From: Solirubrobacteraceae bacterium
GTDB taxonomy: Bacteria > Actinomycetota > Thermoleophilia > Solirubrobacterales > Solirubrobacteraceae
DNA: 64,000 nt
Assembly (NCBI GenBank): GCA_034664905.1
Contig: JAXDGS010000015.1
Location: 12,717 to 76,716, forward strand
Direction: 5' to 3'
In this document: positions 27,358-36,795 of the stretch, in pieces
How the letters are laid out: every line of letters begins with the position of its first letter
Numbering within the stretch: the first letter of the stretch is position 1
The notes under the pieces: generated by a model
The model's database searches: none
What the model saw: the letters and a program-made list of their open reading frames with translations, nothing else
What the model was told of the DNA's origin: nothing
Position numbers and translations under genes: made by a program

Positions 27358-28434
27358 GTGACGAGCATCGACCCGGCGTTCTGGCATGAGCGACGCGTGC
27401 TGCTCACGGGACACACCGGCTTCAAGGGTGCATGGCTCGCGTTATGGCTGCAGATGCTCGGCGCGCGCGTGACCGGCTTCTCAGCCGGCGCTCCAACTCA
27501 GCCATCGTTGTACGAGCTGGCTCACGTAGAGGACGGGATGCAGAGCATCACCGGCGACATCCGCGACCCGCACGAGGTTGCCGCGGCCGTCGCGGACGCA
27601 GCACCGGAGATCGTCATCCACATGGCGGCGCAGGCGCTCGTGCGTCGCTCCCTCGCGGCGCCGCGCGAGACGTTCGAGACGAACGTGCTGGGCACGGTCA
27701 ACGTGCTCGACGCGGTGCGCACCGTCGGAGCGGATGTTCGCGCGATCGTGAACGTGACCTCCGACAAGTGCTACGAGCAGCGTGAGGGCGAGCACGCCTA
27801 CCGGGAGGACGATCCGCTCGGCGGTCGCGATCCCTACTCGAGCTCCAAGGCCTGCGCCGAGCTCGTCACAGCAGCGTTCCAGCGATCGTTCTTCTCAGCG
27901 TCCGCCGGACCGCGGCTCGCGTCAGCGCGCGCCGGCAACGCCATCGGCGGCGGCGACTGGGCGCAGGACCGGCTGCTTCCCGACATCATGCGCGCCGCGC
28001 TCGCAGAGGAGGAGGTTCGCGTTCGCAACCCCCGATCGATCCGGCCGTGGCAGCACGTCATCAATCCGCTCAGCGGCTATCTGCTCCTGGCGCAGGCGCT
28101 GTGGGACTCAGCGGAGCACGCGCGAGCATGGAACTTCGGACCCGCCGAGGAGGACGCCCAGCCGGTGAGTTGGATCGTGGAGCGCGTCGCCGAACTATGG
28201 CCGCGCGAGCTGCGCTGGACGCTCGACGATGCGCAGCATCACGAGGAGGCGCGCTGGCTGAAGCTCGACTCCTCGCTGGCGCGCGAGCGCTTGGGCTGGC
28301 GCCCGCTGCTCGGGCTTGCGGGCGCGATCGAGGCGACGGTCGAGTGGTATCGGCGGCTGTCCGAGGGCGCGGAGATGCGCGCCGTCACCGTCGCGCAGAT
28401 CGAGACCCTGCACGCAGCGCAATCGTCAACGTGA
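27358..28434 (+). CDS. rfbG: CDP-glucose 4,6-dehydratase
   Basis: TGHTGFKGAWL, HMAAQALVR, VTSDKCY, DPYSSSK, RAGNAIGGGDW, RPWQHV, WNFGP, LKLD. Confidence 0.95.
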   Translation: MTSIDPAFWHERRVLLTGHTGFKGAWLALWLQMLGARVTGFSAGAPTQPSLYELAHVEDGMQSITGDIRDPHEVAAAVADAAPEIVIHMAAQALVRRSLAAPRETFETNVLGTVNVLDAVRTVGADVRAIVNVTSDKCYEQREGEHAYREDDPLGGRDPYSSSKACAELVTAAFQRSFFSASAGPRLASARAGNAIGGGDWAQDRLLPDIMRAALAEEEVRVRNPRSIRPWQHVINPLSGYLLLAQALWDSAEHARAWNFGPAEEDAQPVSWIVERVAELWPRELRWTLDDAQHHEEARWLKLDSSLARERLGWRPLLGLAGAIEATVEWYRRLSEGAEMRAVTVAQIETLHAAQSST

Positions 28435-28449
28435 TCGCCGCCAACGCGA

Positions 28450-29148
28450 TCAACGCTTGCGTTCGCTGCCGAGCGACAGCTGCGCCAGCGACGCGCCGCC
28501 GTCCACCGCGATCGCCTGGCCGCTGATCTGCGCAGCCTCGCCACCGGCGAGGAACGCCACCGCCGCGGCGATCTCCTGCGGCTCGACCATCCTTCCCGTG
28601 GGCGCCATGCGCAGCGCCCGCTCGCGAACCTCCGCGGGCATCGCAAGCACCTGCTCGGTCGCGACAAGGCCAGGCAGCACCGCGTTGACCGTAATCCCGT
28701 GGGCCGCGTTCTCGCTCGCGAGCGTGCGCACCATCCCCAGCTGTCCCGCCTTCGACGCCGCATACGCGACCTGTCCCGGCAGTCCGCCCAGCGCCGCGAT
28801 GCTCGAGATCACGATCACCCGGCCGTTGCTGCGTTCCCGCATCCCGCCGATGCACGCCTGCACCGTGCGGAAGGCGCCGGTCAGATTCACGTCGATGTCG
28901 CGCCGCCACTGCTCCTCGGTCATCCGATGCGCGGGCGCGATCGTCGTCGTGATTGCAGCGTTGGCCACGCACACGTCGACATCGTCGAGCGCCGGGAACG
29001 GGTCGCGCGCCACGTCCATGCACAAGTCGCATCCCTGACGCAGGTCGAGCGTCAGCACCTCGTAGCCCTCCGCGGCGAGCCGATCAGCGATCGCCGCGCC
29101 GATGCCACGAGCGGCACCCGTGACGAGCGCCCTCCCGGTCTCGGTCAC
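28450..29148 (-). CDS. Short-chain dehydrogenase/reductase (FabG-like)
   Basis: TGAARGIG, NAA, VNL, YAASK, VNAVLPG, VDGG. Confidence 0.92.
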   Translation of the reverse strand: MTETGRALVTGAARGIGAAIADRLAAEGYEVLTLDLRQGCDLCMDVARDPFPALDDVDVCVANAAITTTIAPAHRMTEEQWRRDIDVNLTGAFRTVQACIGGMRERSNGRVIVISSIAALGGLPGQVAYAASKAGQLGMVRTLASENAAHGITVNAVLPGLVATEQVLAMPAEVRERALRMAPTGRMVEPQEIAAAVAFLAGGEAAQISGQAIAVDGGASLAQLSLGSERKR

Positions 29149-29182
29149 AATGTGGCTCCGATCAGCATCGAAGGAGGGAACG

Positions 29183-29920
29183 ATGACAGACCGCTGGTTT
29201 TCCGAGGAGGAGCTCGAGCGGCTCTCGCGCCCGACGATGGACCGTGCCATCGAGGCGCTGGACGCCGGCGAGCTCGAGAACGCGAGGCGCCTGTGCGCAG
29301 AGATGAAGCACGAGTGGCAGATGCTGCACGACCTGATGGCCTCGGGCGTGCTCGACCTCGTCTCGTTCATCCAGCAGCGGCTCGGCGACGAGGGCGTCGC
29401 GGAAGCATGGACCGAGAGCATGGGCCGTGGATGGCGCCGCCATCACGACGCGATCGTTGCCCTTCCGCGCCGCGACCTGGTGGGTCTGCTCGCGGCCACC
29501 TGGCGCGCGCACTCATGCTCGGGGGTCGGTCCTAACCCGGGAAGCTTCACCGTCAGCGAGGACGAGGAGAAGGTGACCTTCACGATGAACCCCTGCGGCT
29601 CCGGCCAGCGCCTGGTGCGAAACGGCGCCTATGAGGGGTTGCCCGATGGCGGTGGCACGCGCGAGGCCCACGACTGGTCATTCGGTCGCAAGGGCTTTCC
29701 CCTCTACTGCACGCACTGCAGCTTCATGAACGAGTCGATGCCGATCCAGTGGTCGGGATACCCCCTGTACCCGTCAGAGCCACCGGAGGACTACGCCAAA
29801 GACCCATGCACGTGGCACTGGTACAAGGATCCCGACGCGATCCCCGAGCGCCATTGGAGCCGCTACGGGGCGGTCAAGCCCGGGAGCGAAGCGGTCGAGC
29901 CCGGGAGCGCGCCGCGCTGA
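29183..29920 (+). CDS. Hypothetical protein with Cys/His motifs (possible metal site)
   Basis: AAGGAGG RBS; LHD, WRAHSC, NPCGSG, YCTHC, DPC. Confidence 0.8.
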   Translation: MTDRWFSEEELERLSRPTMDRAIEALDAGELENARRLCAEMKHEWQMLHDLMASGVLDLVSFIQQRLGDEGVAEAWTESMGRGWRRHHDAIVALPRRDLVGLLAATWRAHSCSGVGPNPGSFTVSEDEEKVTFTMNPCGSGQRLVRNGAYEGLPDGGGTREAHDWSFGRKGFPLYCTHCSFMNESMPIQWSGYPLYPSEPPEDYAKDPCTWHWYKDPDAIPERHWSRYGAVKPGSEAVEPGSAPR

Positions 29921-29929
29921 CGTAGCCGC

Positions 29930-31306
29930 TCAGCCGCGCCCTGAGAGGACGTCTACGAGTCGCCCCAGGCGTGAGGGACGTCCGCTGCGGCGCTCGATCC
30001 GATCAGCTGCGCGATACAGCGAGTACACGCCACGGATCGCTCCCCAGCGCAGCGGCTCCGGCTCCCACCGCCGCGGCCGGCGGCCCACCCACGCGAGCTC
30101 CGTGAGATCGCTGCGCTCGCCGAGCACGAGATCGCGCAGGGTGCGCCCTGCGAGGTTCGCCGCGGCGAGGCCCTCGCCGACGTAGCCGCCGGCCCACGCA
30201 AGGCCCGTGGCGGGATCTGAGTCAACCGAGACGCACCAGTCGCGCGGGACGCCGAGCACGCCCGACCACGCGTGATCGAGCTCGGCCGCGCCGGCGGCCG
30301 GGAACATCGCGACGAGCTTGGCGCGCAGGCTCTCGATCGTCGAGCGCGCAGTGTCTCCGCTGCCGTCTGTGCGCGAGCCGAAGCGATAGGGCACCCCGCG
30401 GCCGCCGATCGCGATGCGCCCGTCCGCGGTTCGCTGCAGGTACGCGAACACGTGCGCGTAGTCGCCGAGCACCTCACAGCCCTGCCAGCCGATCTCCTCC
30501 CACACCGCTTCGGAGAGCGGCTCGGTGATGATCATCGAGCTGTTCATCGGCACCAGCGCGCGCTCGAGCCCGCGCAGCGACGCGGTGTAGCCCTCGGTCG
30601 CACGGATCACCCAGCGCGCATCCACCGTCCCCGCCCGCGTGAGCGCAGCGTGTGGGCGGATCTCGCTCACGCGTGTGCCCTCAAAGATCCTCACGCCGAG
30701 CCGCTCCACCGCACCCGCGAGGCCGCCGAGCAGCTTCGCGGGATGCACGCGTGCGACATGCGGTGAGAACGTCCCACCACGCGCGCCAACGATCCGCACC
30801 CGCTCAGCGAGCTCCTGCTGCCCGAGCTCGTACAGGTCGCGCTCGCCGAGCCCGCGTTCGCGTGAGGCTCGCAGCTGACCGCGCAGGCGCGCGAGCTGCG
30901 CACCGTCGAGCGCCACGCCGAGCTGCCCGCCCTTGATGAAATCCGCGTCGATCCGCTCCTCTGCAAGGACCCTCGCGAGCTCATCCACCGTGTCGAGCAT
31001 CGCCCGCTGCAACGCCGCATAGCCCTCGCGCCGGCCGCCCCGCTCGTATACGCGCGGCGATCCCGAGAAGAAGCCGGAGACCCAGCCGCCGTTTCGCCCC
31101 GAGGCTCCGAAGCCCGCGAACTCGCGCTCGAGCACGACGATCTCGAGCGACGGATCCGCGCGCTTGAGGTAGTACGCGGCCCACAGTCCCGTGTATCCGC
31201 CACCGACGATCGCCACATCGGCCTGCATCGGCCCAGGCAGCGGCGGCCGCGGCGCAGGCGGGCCGCCCAGCGATCGCCACCAGAAGCCGAGCTCGCCCGT
31301 GCGCAT
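29930..31306 (-). CDS. FAD-dependent oxidoreductase (DadA/PuuB family)
   Basis: VAIVGGGYTGL, GASGRNGG, HPAKL, ATEGY, YLQRTADGR, GYVGEG. Confidence 0.92.
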   Translation of the reverse strand: MRTGELGFWWRSLGGPPAPRPPLPGPMQADVAIVGGGYTGLWAAYYLKRADPSLEIVVLEREFAGFGASGRNGGWVSGFFSGSPRVYERGGRREGYAALQRAMLDTVDELARVLAEERIDADFIKGGQLGVALDGAQLARLRGQLRASRERGLGERDLYELGQQELAERVRIVGARGGTFSPHVARVHPAKLLGGLAGAVERLGVRIFEGTRVSEIRPHAALTRAGTVDARWVIRATEGYTASLRGLERALVPMNSSMIITEPLSEAVWEEIGWQGCEVLGDYAHVFAYLQRTADGRIAIGGRGVPYRFGSRTDGSGDTARSTIESLRAKLVAMFPAAGAAELDHAWSGVLGVPRDWCVSVDSDPATGLAWAGGYVGEGLAAANLAGRTLRDLVLGERSDLTELAWVGRRPRRWEPEPLRWGAIRGVYSLYRAADRIERRSGRPSRLGRLVDVLSGRG

Positions 31307-31418
31307 CCGCCGAGGCTATTACGCGACGCGACGCCCGCGGCCCATCCGTCGCGGCTGGTCCGCGATGCAATACTGCGCGGGTGTTCAGGCCGCGTGGGCG
31401 TCGGGGAGGCTGAGCGGC

Positions 31419-32099
31419 GTGGCCGAGCGCCGCTTCCCGTCCCCTCGCAGCGTCGCCACACGCGCCCTCGAACGGACCGCCATTGCGTGGTTTCACCGCT
31501 TCTACTACCGCGCAATGGATACGACCTGGGAAAACACTCGCTGGCTCGGTCACCGGCTCCAGAAGTTCCCCGGCGATGCGTGGATCTATCAGGAGCTACT
31601 CACCGAGCTGCGCCCCGACTGGATCGTCGAGACCGGCACCAACTACGGCGGCAGCGCCTACTTCCTCGCCTCCATCTGCGACCTGCTCGGGCACGGGCAG
31701 ATCGTCACGATCGACCTCGACGCAAAGCCGGAGACGCCCGAGCACGAACGCGTCACCTATGTCGCCGGCTCCTCAACAGCACCCGAGATCCTCGATCATG
31801 CGCGGAGCTTGACGGCCGGCGCAGAGACCGTGCTCGTGATCCTCGATTCAGATCACAGCTACGAGCACGTCGCTGACGAGCTGCGCGCCTACAGCGAGCT
31901 CGTCACGCCCGGCAGCTATCTGATCGTCGAGGACACGAACATCGCCGGACATCCCGTCCTACGCGGGCTCCAGCGCGGGCCATATGAGGCGGTCCACGAT
32001 TTCCTCGCCGGCGACTCCCGCTTCGAGATCGACCGCTCGCGCGAAAAGTTCATGATGACGTTCAATCCGTGTGGCTATCTCAGGCGCGTCCGCGAGTGA
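31419..32099 (+). CDS. CmcI/cephalosporin-hydroxylase family (rhamnosyl O-methyltransferase-like)
   Basis: WLG...KFPGD, PDWIVETG..GGS, ILDSDH, GSYLIVED, GP, NPCGYL. Confidence 0.88.
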   Translation: MAERRFPSPRSVATRALERTAIAWFHRFYYRAMDTTWENTRWLGHRLQKFPGDAWIYQELLTELRPDWIVETGTNYGGSAYFLASICDLLGHGQIVTIDLDAKPETPEHERVTYVAGSSTAPEILDHARSLTAGAETVLVILDSDHSYEHVADELRAYSELVTPGSYLIVEDTNIAGHPVLRGLQRGPYEAVHDFLAGDSRFEIDRSREKFMMTFNPCGYLRRVRE

Positions 32100-32869
32100 A
32101 CAGCGTCTCGGCGCTCATCCCCAGTGGCGTGCTGCGCAGCATCGACCGTGTGCGGACACGGCGGTTCCTGGCCACAGTTGGCCCGCCGACGGTCGAGTAC
32201 GTGCGCCGCAGCGGGCTTGCGGTCCGCGGCGGCCCGTTTGCCGGGATGCGCTACATCGAGGGTCTCGAACGCAGCTCGGGCGATCTCGTGGCGAAGCTCG
32301 CGGGCACATATGAGCGCGAGCTGCACCGCGTGTTCTCCGAGTGGATCGACGCGGAGCACCCGCACGTCGTCGACGTCGGCTGCGCCGAGGGCTATTACGC
32401 GGTTGGCTTCGCGCACGCGATGTCGCAGACGACCGTGCACGCCTATGACATCGACGCGGTCGCGCGCGCGCGATGCGCAGAGCTTGCGCAGCTGAACGGC
32501 GTCGCCGATCGGGTTCGGATCCTCGGCGCATGCGAGCCGAGCGCGCTCAACGCCTTTCCCGAGCAGGGGGTCGCGCTGCTGTGTGACTGCGAGGGCTACG
32601 AGCGGATCCTGCTCGACCCGGTCGCAGCGCCGCGGCTCGCCGGCTGGCCGCTGCTGGTGGAGCTCCACGACTTCATCGACGCATCGATCACCGAGACAAT
32701 CCGCCGGCGCTTTCAAGCAAGCCACGAGATCGAGATCATCGAGGGCGAGGGCCGCGAGCAGGACGCTCAGCTTCCGGAGCTCGCGTTCATGAGCTCGCGA
32801 GCACGCGCCGCCGTGCTCGGCGAGCACCGTCCCGGCCCGATGCGCTGGGCCCACATGCGCCCGCGATGA
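32096..32869 (+). CDS. SAM-dependent methyltransferase (FkbM-like)
   Basis: GPFAGM, KLAGTYE.EL, VDVGCAEGYY, DCEGYE, VELH. Confidence 0.85.
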   Translation: MNSVSALIPSGVLRSIDRVRTRRFLATVGPPTVEYVRRSGLAVRGGPFAGMRYIEGLERSSGDLVAKLAGTYERELHRVFSEWIDAEHPHVVDVGCAEGYYAVGFAHAMSQTTVHAYDIDAVARARCAELAQLNGVADRVRILGACEPSALNAFPEQGVALLCDCEGYERILLDPVAAPRLAGWPLLVELHDFIDASITETIRRRFQASHEIEIIEGEGREQDAQLPELAFMSSRARAAVLGEHRPGPMRWAHMRPR

Positions 32870-33696
32870 CGTCGGTCGATCTGTGCGTCAACTGCTATGA
32901 GCGCACCTACCCGCATGTGCTCGTGCCAGGGTTCTTCACGCGGCTCGCCGCCGAGCATGCGCGCCGGTTCGCGCGCCGGACGGTGATCGTCAACAACGTC
33001 GAGGATCGAGCCGATGTCGAGCAGCGCGCCCGGCGACTGCACGAGGAAGGCGAGCTCGACAGCTGGTTCTTCGTCGAGGATCACATCGATCACGCGCTCG
33101 AGCGCACCGGGCTGAGCCGCGCCGACATCGCTCGTGCTCCGTATTTCACCGACTGGGGGCTCGTCCTCGTCACGGTTCCCGGGCCCGACTGGCTCGTCCA
33201 CTGCGACCCCGAGGTCCGCATGCTGCAGCCACACGACTGGGTGACCCCTTCGATCGAGCTCATGAACGAGGATCGCCGCGTGATCGTGGCCAACCCCTGC
33301 TGGTATGCGCCGACGCCCCAGCACGACACGCTCGCGCGTACGACGCTCGAACGCTCAGGCGATTTCGCGCTTGGCCTCGGCTTCAGCGACCAGCTGTTCC
33401 TGTGCCGCCGCTCGGAGCTCGCGGCTCCCATATACACCCAGCGCTGCCTGGCCACGCGCCGCTACCCGATGGCCAACGTGTCGCGATCCTTCGAGGCTCG
33501 CGTCGACGCCTGGATGAGACACCACGGGCGTCTGCGCGCCAACTATCTCGGCGCGACCTACGCGCACCCCGATGAGATCGGCGGCGCCTACCCCGCTCGC
33601 CGCCCGCGCGAGAAGATGCTCTCGCTGATCAACAGCGCGCTGATCGACGCGGTGCGCCGCTCACCGGTCAAGCGCAGCTGCTGTCGCGCGCTGTAG
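32866..33696 (+). CDS. Hypothetical protein, possible GT-A-fold glycosyltransferase
   Basis: VDLCVNCY start, VHCDPE (DXD-like), GFSDQLFL; ATGA-coupled within the glycan locus. Confidence 0.6.
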   Translation: MTSVDLCVNCYERTYPHVLVPGFFTRLAAEHARRFARRTVIVNNVEDRADVEQRARRLHEEGELDSWFFVEDHIDHALERTGLSRADIARAPYFTDWGLVLVTVPGPDWLVHCDPEVRMLQPHDWVTPSIELMNEDRRVIVANPCWYAPTPQHDTLARTTLERSGDFALGLGFSDQLFLCRRSELAAPIYTQRCLATRRYPMANVSRSFEARVDAWMRHHGRLRANYLGATYAHPDEIGGAYPARRPREKMLSLINSALIDAVRRSPVKRSCCRAL

Positions 33697-33702
33697 GCGC
33701 GC

Positions 33703-34530
33703 TCACTCGCGATCCGCGCGGAACGGGCTGCGCAGCGAAGACGAGCGGAACGCCGCGTTCTCGGGGGCGTGCTCGCCCGCCGGCCAGCGCCCGAGCACGT
33801 AGATGTCATGCGGCATCCGTGTCTGCGCCGCGATCAGCTCGAGGCCGGCGTGATCGAGCAGCGACAGAAGGCTCGGCGTGGTGAAGGTGTGGTGGTGAAG
33901 CAGTCTGGTGCTCGCGTTGCTGCGCCGTCGCTGCGCCCACTCCTCGAAGTCCCCCGCCTCGGCGTCGCGACTGCGGTCGTGGTGCTCGAGCGTTTCCTCG
34001 AGATGCGTCAGATCGTCCTCCGCGACGTCCGCTTCGAAGTCCTCGATCATGTGGCTCAGCGGCGTGAGCGCGCGCCGATGGTCGAACGTTCCCGACATGT
34101 GCGGCGCCACCATCAACAGGTACCCCTGCGGCCGGGTCACGCGCCGCCACGCCGCGAGCGCGCGCAGCGGGTTGGCGAGGTGCTCGATCACGTGCGAGCA
34201 CAGGACGACGTCGTAGGCGCCGCTCTGTAGGGGCGCAAGATCGACGCCATCGATCAGATGCAGCTCGCCGCTGCGCTCGCCCTGCGGGCGGTATCCCTGC
34301 GCATCGTCGAGGCTGTGCCAGCTCGTCGAGGCCGCCCACTGCACCCCGTCCAGGCTCGCAAGCGACCGGTAGACCGGCAGGAGCCCGCCCTCGCCGAAGA
34401 CCGCGCTCGGCCCACCGACCTCGAGGCCGTGAGCGCCGCGCAGTTCGCGCACGAACACGTCGGGCAGGGGGCGCCGGTAGTGGCCGGCTGCGCGCCAGCG
34501 AAGTTCGGTGAGCTTCTCCGTCAGCCCCAT
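33703..34530 (-). CDS. Class I SAM-dependent methyltransferase
   Basis: GLEVGGPS, YDVVLCSHVIEHLANP, TFDHRR, HHHTF. Confidence 0.85.
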   Translation of the reverse strand: MGLTEKLTELRWRAAGHYRRPLPDVFVRELRGAHGLEVGGPSAVFGEGGLLPVYRSLASLDGVQWAASTSWHSLDDAQGYRPQGERSGELHLIDGVDLAPLQSGAYDVVLCSHVIEHLANPLRALAAWRRVTRPQGYLLMVAPHMSGTFDHRRALTPLSHMIEDFEADVAEDDLTHLEETLEHHDRSRDAEAGDFEEWAQRRRSNASTRLLHHHTFTTPSLLSLLDHAGLELIAAQTRMPHDIYVLGRWPAGEHAPENAAFRSSSLRSPFRADRE

Positions 34531-34573
34531 GCGCTCGCCAGCCTAGCCGCAGCCCTGGGCTAGCCTGTGGCGC

Positions 34574-35401
34574 GTGAGCGGCTGCTTGATCTGCGGCGGG
34601 CCTGTCCGCGCGTGCGCGCTGTTCGCTCCAGAGCCGTTTCTGGAATGTGGGAGCTGTCAGTTCGTCTTCCGCCCCGATCTCAACGACGACGCGCTCAGGC
34701 GGGTCTATGCCGAGGGGGGCTACGAGGACGTCCGCGGCACCCAGTACCTGGCCGAGCTGAGCGCGCGGCGCCGTGACGCGCGCGTGCGCCTGCGCTACAT
34801 GCGGCCATGGACGCAGCGCGGCCGCCTGCTCGACGTCGGCGCCGCCGGCGGCGCGTTCGTCGCAGAAGCGCTCGCACACGGCTTCGACGCTTCGGGGATC
34901 GAGCCGGTGCCGAGCTTCGCCCGCGCGGCGCGCGAGCAACTCGGCCTCGACGTCCGCGACGGAGGCCTGCAGGACCTCGACATCGGCGAGCGCGCATATG
35001 AGGTGATCACCCTGTGGCATGTGCTCGAGCATCTACCCGACCCGGTCAGTCAGCTGCGACGGCTCACCGACGCGCTGGTCCCCGGCGGCACGATCGCGGT
35101 GGAGGTTCCGAACGCCGCGAGCGCCGTCGCCGTCCACATGGGCTCGCGATGGCCCTCGCTCGAGCCGAGCGTTCACGTCAACCAGTTCGCGCCGCGGAGC
35201 CTCGCCGCCGCGATCGAGCGTGCTGGGCTCGAGCTGCGCGACATGCGCACCACCGCGATCACGCCCTACCTGCCGGCGCGCGCGCGGCTCTCGCCTCCTC
35301 ATATCGCCGGACGCGCGAAGGCGGCGCTGTGGCTCGGAGATCCGCGAGCCGAGCACCCGAGCGGCCACGAGCTCCTGCGCGCGGTCGCGATCCGCGCTTG
35401 A
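34574..35401 (+). CDS. Class I SAM methyltransferase with N-terminal zinc ribbon
   Basis: CLICG...CGSC, LLDVGAAGG, GIEP, WHVLEHLPDP, EVPN. Confidence 0.88.
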   Translation: MSGCLICGGPVRACALFAPEPFLECGSCQFVFRPDLNDDALRRVYAEGGYEDVRGTQYLAELSARRRDARVRLRYMRPWTQRGRLLDVGAAGGAFVAEALAHGFDASGIEPVPSFARAAREQLGLDVRDGGLQDLDIGERAYEVITLWHVLEHLPDPVSQLRRLTDALVPGGTIAVEVPNAASAVAVHMGSRWPSLEPSVHVNQFAPRSLAAAIERAGLELRDMRTTAITPYLPARARLSPPHIAGRAKAALWLGDPRAEHPSGHELLRAVAIRA

Positions 35402-35413
35402 GCTAAAGCGAGC

Positions 35414-36043
35414 TCAGCGGCGCAGCAGCTCGTCGCGCGCCATCAGCGCCATGCGCACCTTCAGCGAGTAGCCGGGGTAGTGGCGGATGCGCGGTTTGCT
35501 CGAGGGCGCATCCGGGATCGAGTTCCACCGCGGCGAGATGAACCTCGTGTGCTCCGCGAGCAGGCGGCTGGGCGGCCCCGGCGCGACCGGATCGAGGCCG
35601 TAGCCGAGCAGCCGGCAGATCGCCGCGTTCTCCCACCAGCGATGGTTGATGAGATCCTCCTGCGCGTAGACATCGTCGAGGAAGCCGATCGTCTCTGAGC
35701 CTCCGCGCAGCAGCATCACGCCCGAGTTCGGCATGCGCCCCTCCTTGGTCCGGTGCTCGACCATGTAGAGAAAGCGCCCATCCTCGAGCTCATCCGCGAT
35801 GTCGTGCGAGGGGTCGACGATCACGAGGTCCGCATCGAGCCACAGCAGGACGTCGTGGGTCTGTGCCAGTCGCCTGAGGGCGAGCACCTTCGACCACGGC
35901 GCGGGCCGCTCGCGGTCCAGCAGCTCGGTGTGCAGGTCCAGCTCGTATCCATGTCGCGCCGCGTAGCGGCGAAAAGAGCGCGACGCCAGTCGCAGCAGCC
36001 GCGACTGGGGGCCTGCTCCGAGTGAGACGATCGCCTTCCTCAC
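35414..36043 (-). CDS. GT34-like (GMA12/MNN10) glycosyltransferase
   Basis: YAARHGY, PWSKV, LWLDADLVI, NSGVMLL, WWENAA, RWN, IRHYPG. Confidence 0.78.
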   Translation of the reverse strand: MRKAIVSLGAGPQSRLLRLASRSFRRYAARHGYELDLHTELLDRERPAPWSKVLALRRLAQTHDVLLWLDADLVIVDPSHDIADELEDGRFLYMVEHRTKEGRMPNSGVMLLRGGSETIGFLDDVYAQEDLINHRWWENAAICRLLGYGLDPVAPGPPSRLLAEHTRFISPRWNSIPDAPSSKPRIRHYPGYSLKVRMALMARDELLRR

Positions 36044-36795
36044 GCAGCGATGACAGCGTCGGCAGGCGTGTGCGCAACCGGATGTGAGCCCCACTTCTCC
36101 AGGAAGTGGCGACGGTTGCGGCGATGAATCGAGCGCCAGGTCTCCGAGCGCCCGTTCCAGTGCGCCCGTGCCCACGGCGGCTGGCGGCGCGAGACGCCCC
36201 ACTCGTGACGTGCGTCCACGCCCGCGAGTGCATAGCAGCGGCCCCCCGACGCGCGCACCGCGGTGCAGAAGTCGACCTCCTCGAAGGACGCCGGAGCGTA
36301 GAACTCGTCAAAGCCCCCCAGCTGCTGCCAGCTCTGGCGCCGGCACGCGAACAGAAACCCCGATACGACCTCGCATGCGACCATCTCGCCGTCGGCGAGC
36401 TCCGCGGGCCTGACCCATGAGCGGTGCCTGGCGGTCGCGATGTCCCAGCGCGAGCCGACAGGGCCGACGACGCCCGCGTCGGGGTGGCTGCGCAGTGCCT
36501 CGGCAAGGCGCGCGAGCGACCCCGCGCCGAGTTGCACATCGTCGTTGCAGAACACGAGCACGTCGCCGCCGGCGGCTCCCGCCGCGGCATTCCATGCGGG
36601 CGCGACGCCGCGGTTCACTGCGAGATCGACCGTGCGCACGTCCTCGCCGACGCCCGCCGCGCTCGCGTCGATCCCGTTGAGCGCCACCACGAGCTCACCA
36701 TGCTGACCCTCGAGCGCTGCGCGCAGATCCGCTGCCAGGCCCGCGACGTTCGGCGCGGGATGCGCGCGGTAGACGGCGGTGCAAACCGAGATCAT
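36040..36795 (-). CDS. GT2 glycosyltransferase (rhamnosyltransferase-like)
   Basis: NRGVAPAWN, VFCNDD, GFDE.Y..SFEEVDFC. Confidence 0.88.
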   Translation of the reverse strand: MISVCTAVYRAHPAPNVAGLAADLRAALEGQHGELVVALNGIDASAAGVGEDVRTVDLAVNRGVAPAWNAAAGAAGGDVLVFCNDDVQLGAGSLARLAEALRSHPDAGVVGPVGSRWDIATARHRSWVRPAELADGEMVACEVVSGFLFACRRQSWQQLGGFDEFYAPASFEEVDFCTAVRASGGRCYALAGVDARHEWGVSRRQPPWARAHWNGRSETWRSIHRRNRRHFLEKWGSHPVAHTPADAVIAA

